A stretch of DNA of 32,000 nt, taken from assembly GCF_000829315.1 (NCBI RefSeq), contig NZ_AP013028.1:1020001-1052000 (forward strand), given 5' to 3'. Source of the stretch: Wolbachia endosymbiont of Cimex lectularius. Lineage in GTDB: Bacteria; Pseudomonadota; Alphaproteobacteria; Rickettsiales; Anaplasmataceae. The position numbers were made by a program, and so were the translations under genes. Every line of letters begins with the position of its first letter. The first letter of the stretch is position 1. The notes beneath the pieces are model-generated. The model did not search any database. It saw only the letters and a list, made by a program, of their open reading frames with translations, and was not told where the DNA came from. Shown in pieces: positions 1-8,619 of this stretch.

Positions 1-2611
1 TTGCAGTGAACTGTTCTTTGATCTTATTGAAGAATTCTTCACTTGCCAGGTGTTCTGGCGTCATTCCAGCGCATAACACTGGTTGGTTAGTTGTTTGGAT
101 AACTCCATTCAAAAGCTGGGAAATGATAGGGTAGCCGTTTTTGGCACTTGCCATAGCTTTCACAACACTACCACTATATGAAGGATGAAGATCACCGAAG
201 AAACTAATTGCTTTACTGCCTTGCTTATACACTAATATTCTATCTTTATTTTGCATCTTAGGAGAGAATATTGGATCTACTTCTTCCCCTGATGAACTCA
301 GGTGAGCGAAATATCCATTGCTTAATTTAAAATGCTTTCTATCTTCCGTTGCAATGACTGTATTTGGCTCAGTACCCACTGCTATAAGAACAGAACGTGC
401 TTTTATACACTTGACTTTGTGAGACTTTGTGTCTATCAGTTTTATCGATTCAGCATGGTTATACTTACCCGTCACAAATTCAACTGGCTCTAGGTTTTCG
501 ATAAAGTAAATCCCTTCTGACAGTGCGTTTTGCACCTCCTCACTATTTAGTCGGTAACTTGGTGAACTTTTTAGCTCTTTTCTATATACAACTTTCACTC
601 CCCCTAAACTCTGCATTAACTCCAATATTTTTGCTTCTCTGTTCTCTTTTTTTGCTAATTCTTTCTCTTTTTGGATCGACTGTGCGTGCAATATAAACTC
701 ATTCGCAATTTCACGTTCTTCTTCTGTCCAATCTTTTTCAACGTAGTCTTTCCCATATTTACCAACCAATGTCTCGTAGCGAAGAAGAAATTTTTCTACT
801 TGAATCGGATAATACGCTAAAGCTTCAGTGGCAGTATCAATTGCAGTAAGTCCCGCGCCTATAACAACTATTGGCATGCGAATTTGCAGATTTGCTATAG
901 AGTCAGATTTAAGAGCACCACTGAGTTGTAATGACATTAGAAAATCAGATGCCATGCGCACCCCACGAGCTAACATGTTTTTTATCTTGATTATTCGTGC
1001 TTTACCAGAGCCAAGCGCTAGGGCTATGTGGTCGAAACCAAAATTGAGCACATCACTAACAGTTACTGTGCCACCAAAGCGAATGCCTCCATAAGACGCA
1101 AAATTTTTGCGTCTTTCTAGTAATAATCTAATAATCTTTAAGTAATTCTTGTTCCACCGAGAAGTAATACCATATTCTGCTACTCCACCAAACCCACTGG
1201 CTGTACGCTTACTCAATTTTTCATGCTTGAAATCTCTGATCGGCTGAAAATTATCAATCAGAGGTTCTATCTTTAATCCATCGATGGCGATAACATTATG
1301 TCCATCATTCAACAGATGATGAGCTAAATTAAAACCAGCAGGACCAAGGCCTACAACCAGGACATTTTTTCCAGTGTTTTCTTTCGGCAACGGCCGCTGA
1401 AAATTTAAAGGATTCCAACGACTAAGCAGAGAATATATTTCAAATCCGTATGGCAAACTGAGCACGTCATCCAAAACTCTTGTTTCAACCATTGGCACAT
1501 TCACAGGCTCTTGTTTTTGATATATGCACGAATTCATGCAATCATTGCATATTCTGTATCCAGTGGCTGCACATAATGGATTATCTATCATCACAATTGC
1601 AAGGCTGGCTATACTGTACCCTTCACTTTTTACCAGATTCATTTCTGATATTTTCTGCTCCAGTGGGCAGCCGTGCAGTTCAACTTTAAGTGGAGATTTT
1701 TTAAAAATCTCGCTTGGTTGACAAAATGTGGCGCTAGAATCTGCGTATTCTTTCTGGATCCCAGTGTCAGCCACTCGGATAACAGATGGCTGCAACCCTT
1801 TTGAGCAGCTGTCCTTATTTTGCTTATGACAAAATATGCAGTAGTGAGCATTATCTAATGCTTTATCTAAACCCACCCTTTCACTTGTTAGATCAAAACC
1901 ATATCGTCTTTTTACTTCATTTGAATACAGAACTTCAATCTCATCCACTTCTTTTTTAGAGAATGATACGAGATTTTCATAATCGATTTTTTTATGAGTA
2001 CTAAAAAGTATACCCTGTTTATTTTTCACTCTCCATGCTGCATATTGCGCTGCAAGTTCTATTTCCTCTTTGTGATGCTCTTTATCCTCAAACCAACACA
2101 TCACTTGCTCGGCGAAATTTTTTTCTGTTGTTGGTAAAGTAAGAAAATGACTTAATCTGCTAGTGACACAATCAATGTCTATGTTTGCTATGTCAGTGTA
2201 TTTCTTTAATGCATAGCGTTGAATAAATAACCTTTTGCATTGATATATTACAGCAAAGTCGTTGTGCTTTTTCTTTAGCTCTTCTGTTTCTTTTTCAATG
2301 TTGAAAAGCTTTGCGATGAATTCATCAAGTAAGTACGAAAGGTCTATAATTAGCTGACTATCTGTCGCTTGAGTGGTCGACATTTGTTGTTTTCTGGATC
2401 CCAGTGTCAAGCACTGGGATGACATGGAACAATACTGAGATGATATGGAGTGACACTGGGATGACACTGAAGCGTTTTCTCTTGCTTTAATCAGAGAACA
2501 AAATAAACTTTCATCGTATGATTTGGCGTAATTTAAAAATGTTTCATCTAGTTTTATTAATCCATTGCGAATATATAGATCGGGAAATGAGATGTTAAAA
2601 TTTAGCTGCAT
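1..2611 (-). CDS. FAD/NAD(P)-binding oxidoreductase, glutamate-synthase small-chain (GltD)-like; C-terminus lies beyond window start
   Basis: Absent from the ORF track because it has no stop in the window. Hand translation of the minus frame is open from ATG 2611 (alternative ATG 2635; upstream stop at 2642-2644) down to nt 2. Cys cluster CIFCHKQNKDSCSKG...GCPLEQKISE. Two Rossmann motifs: VLVVGLGPAGFNLAHHL and VVIGAGLTAIDTATEA. Carries two in-frame palindromic-repeat segments. Confidence 0.8.
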   Translation of the reverse strand, partial: MQLNFNISFPDLYIRNGLIKLDETFLNYAKSYDESLFCSLIKARENASVSSQCHSISSQYCSMSSQCLTLGSRKQQMSTTQATDSQLIIDLSYLLDEFIAKLFNIEKETEELKKKHNDFAVIYQCKRLFIQRYALKKYTDIANIDIDCVTSRLSHFLTLPTTEKNFAEQVMCWFEDKEHHKEEIELAAQYAAWRVKNKQGILFSTHKKIDYENLVSFSKKEVDEIEVLYSNEVKRRYGFDLTSERVGLDKALDNAHYCIFCHKQNKDSCSKGLQPSVIRVADTGIQKEYADSSATFCQPSEIFKKSPLKVELHGCPLEQKISEMNLVKSEGYSIASLAIVMIDNPLCAATGYRICNDCMNSCIYQKQEPVNVPMVETRVLDDVLSLPYGFEIYSLLSRWNPLNFQRPLPKENTGKNVLVVGLGPAGFNLAHHLLNDGHNVIAIDGLKIEPLIDNFQPIRDFKHEKLSKRTASGFGGVAEYGITSRWNKNYLKIIRLLLERRKNFASYGGIRFGGTVTVSDVLNFGFDHIALALGSGKARIIKIKNMLARGVRMASDFLMSLQLSGALKSDSIANLQIRMPIVVIGAGLTAIDTATEALAYYPIQVEKFLLRYETLVGKYGKDYVEKDWTEEEREIANEFILHAQSIQKEKELAKKENREAKILELMQSLGGVKVVYRKELKSSPSYRLNSEEVQNALSEGIYFIENLEPVEFVTGKYNHAESIKLIDTKSHKVKCIKARSVLIAVGTEPNTVIATEDRKHFKLSNGYFAHLSSSGEEVDPIFSPKMQNKDRILVYKQGSKAISFFGDLHPSYSGSVVKAMASAKNGYPIISQLLNGVIQTTNQPVLCAGMTPEHLASEEFFNKIKEQFTA
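1751..1783. repeat. Short palindromic repeat element copy (TTTCTGGATCCCAGTGTCA...GGAT family) inside the oxidoreductase CDS
   Basis: tttctggatcccagtgtcagccactcggataac is near-identical to 2391-2423 tttctggatcccagtgtcaagcactgggatgac. It reads in frame as SVIRVADTGIQKE. Confidence 0.7.
2391..2470. repeat. Compound palindromic repeat element, in frame in the N-terminal region of the oxidoreductase CDS
   Basis: 9-bp stem ATCCCAGTG / CACTGGGAT with loop tcaag, followed by further ...CACTGGGATGAC half-sites. Translates without stops as SVSSQCHSISSQYCSMSSQCLTLGSRK. Confidence 0.75.
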
Positions 2612-2656
2612 TGCTGTATTATACAGCGCATACATTGTTTTTTACAGATGAAAATT

Positions 2657-3097
2657 TTACTTGTTTTGCAACATGGCTAAAATTGTTGCTTCTGCAACCC
2701 TCTCTTCGTCTACATATGCAACACACTCAAACTTGCATGCACTCAAACGTGCATTTTTAATGTTAGATTGAAGAATCAGGGTGTCTCCTGGAGTAACTGG
2801 CTTTCTGAATTTTGCATTTTCAATGGACATAAAGTAAACAACTTTATTTTCCATTGTACTTTGACTTTCTTTACCAAGAACACATATTGCAGATGCCTGA
2901 GCTAGAGATTCAATTATTAAAACTCCTGGCATTATTGGATGGCCGGGAAAATGGCCAATAAAAAACGGTTCATTGAAAGTCACATTTTTGATTGCCTTTA
3001 TACTCCTACCTGGATCACATTCTATTACTCTATCCACTAAGAGAAACGGATAAGAGTGTGGTAATATTTTTATAATATCACTGATATTAAACTGCAT
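2657..3097 (-). CDS. fabZ: 3-hydroxyacyl-ACP dehydratase FabZ
   Basis: 146 aa. [13 protein letters not shown]...[23 protein letters not shown] is the hot-dog fold FabZ signature. Confidence 0.92.
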   Translation of the reverse strand: MQFNISDIIKILPHSYPFLLVDRVIECDPGRSIKAIKNVTFNEPFFIGHFPGHPIMPGVLIIESLAQASAICVLGKESQSTMENKVVYFMSIENAKFRKPVTPGDTLILQSNIKNARLSACKFECVAYVDEERVAEATILAMLQNK

Positions 3098-3115
3098 AAT
3101 ATCCTTAAAGTAAGC

Positions 3116-3691
3116 CTAATTGACGTCTTTCAAAGCGAATTCTGGTATTTCTTTGTTTATGTTTTTTAATACTGCATCTGATAAATCAACTTTATCTAAG
3201 TCAGCTTCATCCATAGAGTATAAAACCTGATTTTTCTTTGAAATAAATAGTACCAAGTCTATGTTGTTTTTTTCTGCGGTTTCTTTGGCAACTTCTTTTA
3301 TCTTGTTAAAAATACTATCTACTGCATCTCTGTAACTTTTTTCTAGGTATAACATCTTTTTAGCGTAACTATCTCTAGCACTTAGAGCGTGCTTGTCAAA
3401 TTGCTCTGTTCTTTCCTTTTTTGCTTCTTCTGATAGAAGTTCAAATTCCTCTTTTGAAGGCTTGAATTTTTCTAGCTCACTTTCAAACTCTTGCTGCAGC
3501 CCAGAACTTTGTTCTTTTATTTGCTGTTGTATATTTTGTAGAGCAAGAGACTCACTGATCACTTTGTCGCTATCAATAATCGCAACTTTTATGTTAAGCG
3601 CATCCTCAGGTTGATGTTTTACAACCTTATAACCCACAAACAGGAAAATAACTAAGACAATAACTGATATAAATAATTGTGTGTATTTCAT
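3116..3691 (-). CDS. OmpH/Skp-family periplasmic chaperone
   Basis: 191 aa with an N-terminal hydrophobic signal/anchor and a long charged coiled-coil body. Its start abuts the bamA stop (TAAATG). Position between bamA and fabZ is the conserved Skp position. Confidence 0.75.
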   Translation of the reverse strand: MKYTQLFISVIVLVIFLFVGYKVVKHQPEDALNIKVAIIDSDKVISESLALQNIQQQIKEQSSGLQQEFESELEKFKPSKEEFELLSEEAKKERTEQFDKHALSARDSYAKKMLYLEKSYRDAVDSIFNKIKEVAKETAEKNNIDLVLFISKKNQVLYSMDEADLDKVDLSDAVLKNINKEIPEFALKDVN

Positions 3692-6031
3692 TTAAATTCC
3701 TACTTCAATAGAAAACTTAACATTCGATGATGGTATTATATCATAAGGTTCCTTAACTAAAGGAAAGCCAAAGTCTAATCTAAACCTACCACCAAAAGGA
3801 GAAGGCATCGAAAAACCAAAACCTGGTGACACTCTTACGAGCTTACTGTCGTTGTATGGTTCTTTTTCTTTGTGTTTCTCATCTTTATTGTCTAAACCAA
3901 AAAGCGTTGCATAGTCAACAAAGAATGAGCCTTTGACGCCAATATAATCGTATAATTTAGGTAATGGAAAATCCACTTGTTGTGTTAAGTTAAAATAAGT
4001 CTTACCTCCTAATGAGCTTTTATCCTTTGCTCTTGGTCCAATGCCAGAGAGGTCAAACCCTCTAATCTCATTACCTCCTTTAAAAAAGTGCTGGCCAATA
4101 TTTAGCGGTTCATCGGTATAAGAAAAAATATGACCTGCTGCCATCTTAAAGCGCAGTATTGTATCATCATCAATCTTACTCAATATAGGATGTGTATAAA
4201 AAGACAGAAATTCAGATTTTAGGAAATTTACGTTTCCTCCCAGTCCTGAGGCGTCCTGGCTTAAGCGCAATAAATAACCATCTCTTGGGGCGTATGGATT
4301 ATCTAATTTATTATACGCTAATGTGTATCCTACTGATGAAACGTGATATTCACCTTCTCGGTCACGTATTATTTCAGGGATACTATCGTCTTTTCCACCC
4401 TTATTATCCAAGTGTATATGGTTATACTTATAAGAATAGCGGAGGGAATTGGTTAAGTTCTCTGTGACTTTATGTGATAATTTTGTAAAAAATCCCATGT
4501 CACAGCTATCAAAAGTAGTGTTTGGCTTATCTTGTTTTTCATAGAATACGCCTACACCTAATGATGTATCGGAATCATTAAAATTATTTTCAACGACTTC
4601 TAAATCAGTCGAAAATACGTATCGACTTCTCTCAATGGCAAAGGAGAGTTCTTTTCCGCTACCAAATAAATTACGGTCTTTAAAATCAGTTTTAAAAAAT
4701 GCTCCGCCAGGAAAAGACACCCCCCCTCCTAAATATAATGAGGTAGTGTTTTTTTCTTTAACATTTAAGTTAAGATTCACCACATTATCATTAATTGCAT
4801 AACTATTTATTTTTACTGCCTCAAAAAAATCACTGCCAATCAATTTTCTACGCGATTTTTGAATCTCAGATGTGTTATACGCGTCACCCTCTGCTACACT
4901 GAGCTTATTCCTGATTACTTTGTCTAAAGTACGGTCGTTACCATCTATTGTAATTTGATTTATGTAAATCTTTTTACCTGGCAGCACCTTGTAAGTTACA
5001 TCTACAACATTGCCACGCTGTGCGTATTCTGGATTAACTTTTGCAAATATATATCCTCTCTCATTTAAATACTTGTTTATTTTTTCTACCGTATTACTAA
5101 TTTTAACCTTATCAAATACTTTGTTGCCTTCCTTAGTTATTAGTTCTAATATCTCTTCTTTTAGGTTTGGGTCTTGAATTTTAGCTTCAACATCAATTTT
5201 ATTGCTTCCAAACAAATATTGCTCTCCTTCGTCAATCAAAAAAGTTAACACTACTTGATTGTTATTATCAACTTCAGCAATTGGCTGAATACTATTGTTG
5301 ATATACCCCTTGGACGAATAGAAGCGATCAAGCAACTCTTCGTTGATTAACAAGTACTGTGGTGAGTAATGATTTCCACCTTTAAAAACAGCTCTGAATA
5401 ACTTATTAAATACATCATTACTTTGCGTTTTAATAGCTTGCTCTAGCTCATTTTCTGAAAAGTTTTTATTGCCTATAAATCTTATGTCCTTAATTCTAGA
5501 TGTTTTTCCCTCTTTTATTTTAAAGACTAAATTAACCCTGTTACCATCAAGCTTATTTAGCTCATATTCAATTTTAGCACCGATCTTACCGTTGTTTCTA
5601 TAAGTTGTGATTAAATTCAGTAAATCATTTTGTAATTTCGTTTCAGCAAAAATAGTCAAGGGTTTTGATTGAATCACGTTATTTAACAGTTCTTTGCTTT
5701 TAAATAGCTTATTACCTTTTAATATTACCTTGTTAATTAGCGGATTTTCTTGAACTTTTATTACCAAGTTTTTTCCATCATCGATGTAAGCGTTAACATT
5801 AGCAAATAACTTTGTTTTGTATAAAACCTTTATAATTGAATCTATGTCATCGTTGTTTACATAACTGCTAGGTTCTAATTTTGTATAGAACTTTATTGTT
5901 TGACTGCCGATTCGCTCATTACCAACGTATTTAATATCCTTTATCTGCGTTTTTTTCCCGTTTTCTAAAGCAACAAGTAGTGTAGGAACAGAGATAAAAA
6001 TTACTATTAATATATAAAACAGTTTCTTCAT
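3692..6031 (-). CDS. bamA: Outer membrane protein assembly factor BamA (Omp85)
   Basis: Track ORF is 3692..6073. I prefer ATG 6031 (MKKLFYILIVIFISVPTLLVA signal peptide), 7 nt after the rseP stop. Repeated POTRA-like segments (IKDIKYVGNERI, IKDIRFIGNKNF, INQITIDGNDRT) precede a C-terminal beta-barrel. Confidence 0.9.
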   Translation of the reverse strand: MKKLFYILIVIFISVPTLLVALENGKKTQIKDIKYVGNERIGSQTIKFYTKLEPSSYVNNDDIDSIIKVLYKTKLFANVNAYIDDGKNLVIKVQENPLINKVILKGNKLFKSKELLNNVIQSKPLTIFAETKLQNDLLNLITTYRNNGKIGAKIEYELNKLDGNRVNLVFKIKEGKTSRIKDIRFIGNKNFSENELEQAIKTQSNDVFNKLFRAVFKGGNHYSPQYLLINEELLDRFYSSKGYINNSIQPIAEVDNNNQVVLTFLIDEGEQYLFGSNKIDVEAKIQDPNLKEEILELITKEGNKVFDKVKISNTVEKINKYLNERGYIFAKVNPEYAQRGNVVDVTYKVLPGKKIYINQITIDGNDRTLDKVIRNKLSVAEGDAYNTSEIQKSRRKLIGSDFFEAVKINSYAINDNVVNLNLNVKEKNTTSLYLGGGVSFPGGAFFKTDFKDRNLFGSGKELSFAIERSRYVFSTDLEVVENNFNDSDTSLGVGVFYEKQDKPNTTFDSCDMGFFTKLSHKVTENLTNSLRYSYKYNHIHLDNKGGKDDSIPEIIRDREGEYHVSSVGYTLAYNKLDNPYAPRDGYLLRLSQDASGLGGNVNFLKSEFLSFYTHPILSKIDDDTILRFKMAAGHIFSYTDEPLNIGQHFFKGGNEIRGFDLSGIGPRAKDKSSLGGKTYFNLTQQVDFPLPKLYDYIGVKGSFFVDYATLFGLDNKDEKHKEKEPYNDSKLVRVSPGFGFSMPSPFGGRFRLDFGFPLVKEPYDIIPSSNVKFSIEVGI

Positions 6032-6038
6032 ATTTATC

Positions 6039-7163
6039 TTAAAAAAGATGTCTGATATCATTTGAGATCGCAATTGCCATTAGCAAGAACAATATAGTAG
6101 CACCAAAAGTAGCAGCATATTTTTGGCATTTTAAACTCAAGTCTCTGCGTATAACTGCTTCTATAATGTAGAAGAATAAATGTCCGCCATCCAATGGTAA
6201 AATTGGCAGTAAATTAATCACAGCTAAAGTAGATGAAAGGATCGCCATGAAATATAAAACCATAATAAACCCCTGTTTAGCTGATTGTCCTGAATATTTT
6301 GCAATTTTTATTGGTCCACCTATTTCATTTATACTTCTCTTACCAACGATAATTTGAAAGAGAGCTTTGATTGTTAAGCTCATAGCGTAGTAAGTTTCAC
6401 TTACTGATAGGCTCATAGCTCCAAGAAAGGATGACTGCTTTAGCCCTGTTATATCAACTGAAGTAATTCCTATAACTCTTCTTTCTATTGTGGTATCGGA
6501 AGCGTCTTTAATTATTGATGGAGTCAGGGTAATTCTATGCTCTTCGTTATTTCGACTATATCTAATTTCGATTTCTTTCTCAAGGCTTGACATCATCACG
6601 CGTGAAATATCTTCAAAATATTTTATTTTATATTCATTGATCTGTGTAATAATGTCACCTGGCAATAAACCAGCTTGCTCTGCTGGTTTACCTTCAATTA
6701 CACTTCCAATCACTGGTGGAGTGCGATAATAGCCTACTGTACTAAAGAATATTGTAAAAGCTATAACAGCAAGTACCATGTTTGCAAATGGTCCTGCAAA
6801 AACTATTGCTGCTTTTTTATATCGCGGTTTTGTATGAAGTGAATATAACTTTTCTTCTTCAGTTAATTTTTGTTGATCAGCTGGAACGCTTGCTGCATTG
6901 CTGTCTCCTAGCATTTTAACATAACCGCCCAGTGGAACAGCACTTAATTTCCATCTAGTTCCAGACTTATCATGAAAACCAAAGATTTCAGGACCAAAGC
7001 CTATAGAAAAAGACTCAACTTTAACTTTGCATGCTTTGGCGATAATATAATGCCCGTATTCATGTACAAATACTACAACAGAGATGATTAAGGCAAATGA
7101 CAAGAGATTATATGCTCCATTACCAAGCTGATGGACAAGATTAGAAATTAATTCCACCTGCAT
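6039..7163 (-). CDS. rseP: RIP zinc metalloprotease RseP (site-2 protease)
   Basis: HEYGHY (HExxH) in the first TM, a PDZ-like middle region (GKPAEQAGLLPGDIITQIN) and LPILPLDGGH near the C-terminus. Track start 7214 is TTG; ATG 7163 is preferred. Confidence 0.9.
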   Translation of the reverse strand: MQVELISNLVHQLGNGAYNLLSFALIISVVVFVHEYGHYIIAKACKVKVESFSIGFGPEIFGFHDKSGTRWKLSAVPLGGYVKMLGDSNAASVPADQQKLTEEEKLYSLHTKPRYKKAAIVFAGPFANMVLAVIAFTIFFSTVGYYRTPPVIGSVIEGKPAEQAGLLPGDIITQINEYKIKYFEDISRVMMSSLEKEIEIRYSRNNEEHRITLTPSIIKDASDTTIERRVIGITSVDITGLKQSSFLGAMSLSVSETYYAMSLTIKALFQIIVGKRSINEIGGPIKIAKYSGQSAKQGFIMVLYFMAILSSTLAVINLLPILPLDGGHLFFYIIEAVIRRDLSLKCQKYAATFGATILFLLMAIAISNDIRHLF

Positions 7164-7254
7164 TTTAGATATTAACAAAATGTTAAGTATATTAAAACGC
7201 GCCTCGCTTGACAAGTGTTTAATTTAACCTTAAATTAAAGAAAGTTTAGTAACA

Positions 7255-7530
7255 GTGACAGATACCTCTTTATTAAGAAAAAAACTGATGTATAGAAGCT
7301 GGCATAGAGGGTGCAAAGAAACCGATATGCTTTTAGGGTATTTTGCACTGAAGTACCTTAATAAATTTTCCCTAAATGAACTAATTGAGTATGAAAAGAT
7401 AGTTGATCTTGATGATTATGAATTATATTGTTATGTAACTCGCAAAGCAAATCTTCCTTCCAACTTAGATAGTAAGATAATGGATTTAATTACTTGCTTC
7501 ATTGAAGCTAATCCTTTATGCACTCAATAA
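7255..7530 (+). CDS. sdhE: Succinate dehydrogenase flavinylation factor SdhE (SDHAF2/YgfY family)
   Basis: 91 aa with a GTG start. LRKKLMYRSWHRGCKETDMLLGYF matches the R-x-x-x-R-G-x-x-E-x-D-x-L core of the family (from memory). Confidence 0.7.
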   Translation: MTDTSLLRKKLMYRSWHRGCKETDMLLGYFALKYLNKFSLNELIEYEKIVDLDDYELYCYVTRKANLPSNLDSKIMDLITCFIEANPLCTQ

Positions 7531-7690
7531 TTTTATTTACTCTACTTAACACTTTAGTGTATTCCGTTCTTTTCTCGTTTCTATACTTTTCACACTCTTG
7601 ATTCATTTCGTCCAATTTTTTTGTTAATTCTAAAACTTTATCCTCAAGAGTTAGTGCTGCAAGTAGGAAATTTAGTGCGTCCGAGCCCTT
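7508..7690 (-). pseudogene. C-terminal fragment of a ZapA-like cell-division protein, cut off by IS copy 1
   Basis: Minus frame reads KGSDALNFLLAALTLEDKVLELTKKLDEMNQECEKYRNEKRTEYTKVLSRVNKIIECIKD then stop. No start codon: the frame runs directly into the IS terminus at 7691/7692. LLAALTLEDKVLEL resembles the ZapA helix motif (memory-based). Confidence 0.5.
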
Positions 7691-7691
7691 A

Positions 7692-8552
7692 GAACCTGTT
7701 TAAAATCTTGGAAATGTGAGGTAAAGTAAGCATAGATTAATAATGAGGTGTCTATGCAGAAAAGTTATCCAAGTAATATAAGTCAAGAGCAGTTTGAAAA
7801 AATCAGGCCAATTTTGGAGAGTAGCAAGCAGAAAACAAAACCAAGAAAACTTGATTTGTATGACGTATTTTGTGGGGTGTTGTACGTCTTAAAAAGTGGT
7901 TGTCAGTGGAGGATGTTACCAAAGGGTTTTCCAAGATGGGAAAGCGTATATTACTATTTTCGAGTGTGGAGTAAAAAGAATGGAGAAGAGCCAAGCTTGT
8001 TGGAATTAGTCTTAAAAAAAATTAGTTGGAGAGGTCCGTATCAGCAATGGTCGGAAAGAGAAAACTAGCTTTTGTATAATTGATTCTCAAAGCGTTAAAA
8101 ACGCAGATACTGCTGAAAAAAAAAGGCTATGATGCAGGTAAAAAGATTTCAGGGATAAAGCGCCATATTGCAGTTGATACACAAGGTTTGCCACATGCAA
8201 TTTATGTAACAACGGCAGAAGCAACTGACCGTAGCAGTGCTGTGAAAATGGTCGAAAATGCTAAAGCAAACCTCTCTGAAGTTAAAAACATACTGGTTGA
8301 TGCTGGCTACACAGGAGAAAATTTTGCAACACAAATAAAAGCTATCATTGGTGCGACTGTTGAAGTAATAAAGCGAAGTGAGTTACACACTTTCGTCGTA
8401 TTGCCAAAAAGATGGGTTGTTGAACGCTCTTTTGCCTGGTTAGAAAAGTGCAGGCGATTGTGGAAAAATTGCGAGCGGAAGCTCAACACTAGCTTACAGA
8501 TGATAGTCCTCTCCTTCATTTCTCTCCTGTTACGAAGATTTTAAACAGGTTC
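7692..8552 (+). mobile_element. IS5-family insertion sequence, copy 1 (861 bp, defective)
   Basis: Terminal inverted repeats GAACCTGTTTAAAATCTT at both ends. Flanks are TTA (left) and TAA (right), so they do not match. It has A9 at 8116-8124 where the other copies have A8, and A instead of G at 7980. Confidence 0.95.
7754..8544 (+). pseudogene. IS5-family DDE transposase (orfA/orfB), copy 1, extra frameshift
   Basis: OrfA has the CGVLYVLKSGCQWRMLP motif (DUF4096-type). OrfB has IIDSQSVK, GYDAGKKISGIKRHI, LVDAGYTG and VVERSFAWLEK (D, D, E). The A9 tract puts IIDSQSVK out of frame with the rest of the catalytic domain. Confidence 0.85.
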
Positions 8553-8582
8553 TAATGATGTGGTAGATGTCATTTAAGTAGC

Positions 8583-8612
8583 TTGACACTAGAATCCAGT
8601 TTTCTTTACAAT
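8583..8612 (+). promoter_or_regulatory. Sigma-70-like promoter upstream of era
   Basis: TTGACA (8583-8588), 18-nt spacer, TACAAT (8607-8612), 7 nt before the GTG start of era. Confidence 0.45.
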
Positions 8613-8619
8613 CCCCTTC

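Noticed and set aside
828-1851. Track ORFs 828..1094, 1480..1689 and 1524..1721 (+) and 1639..1851 (-)
   Set aside because: All lie inside or antisense to the long minus-strand oxidoreductase frame, which is open across the whole region. They have no recognisable motifs and low-complexity, odd composition. They are shadow ORFs.
7803-8519. Antisense ORFs inside every IS copy (63, 61 and 70 aa; for example 7803..7994, 8149..8334, 8307..8519 and their repeats)
   Set aside because: They recur only because the IS recurs. They are antisense to a well-supported DDE transposase and have no motifs.
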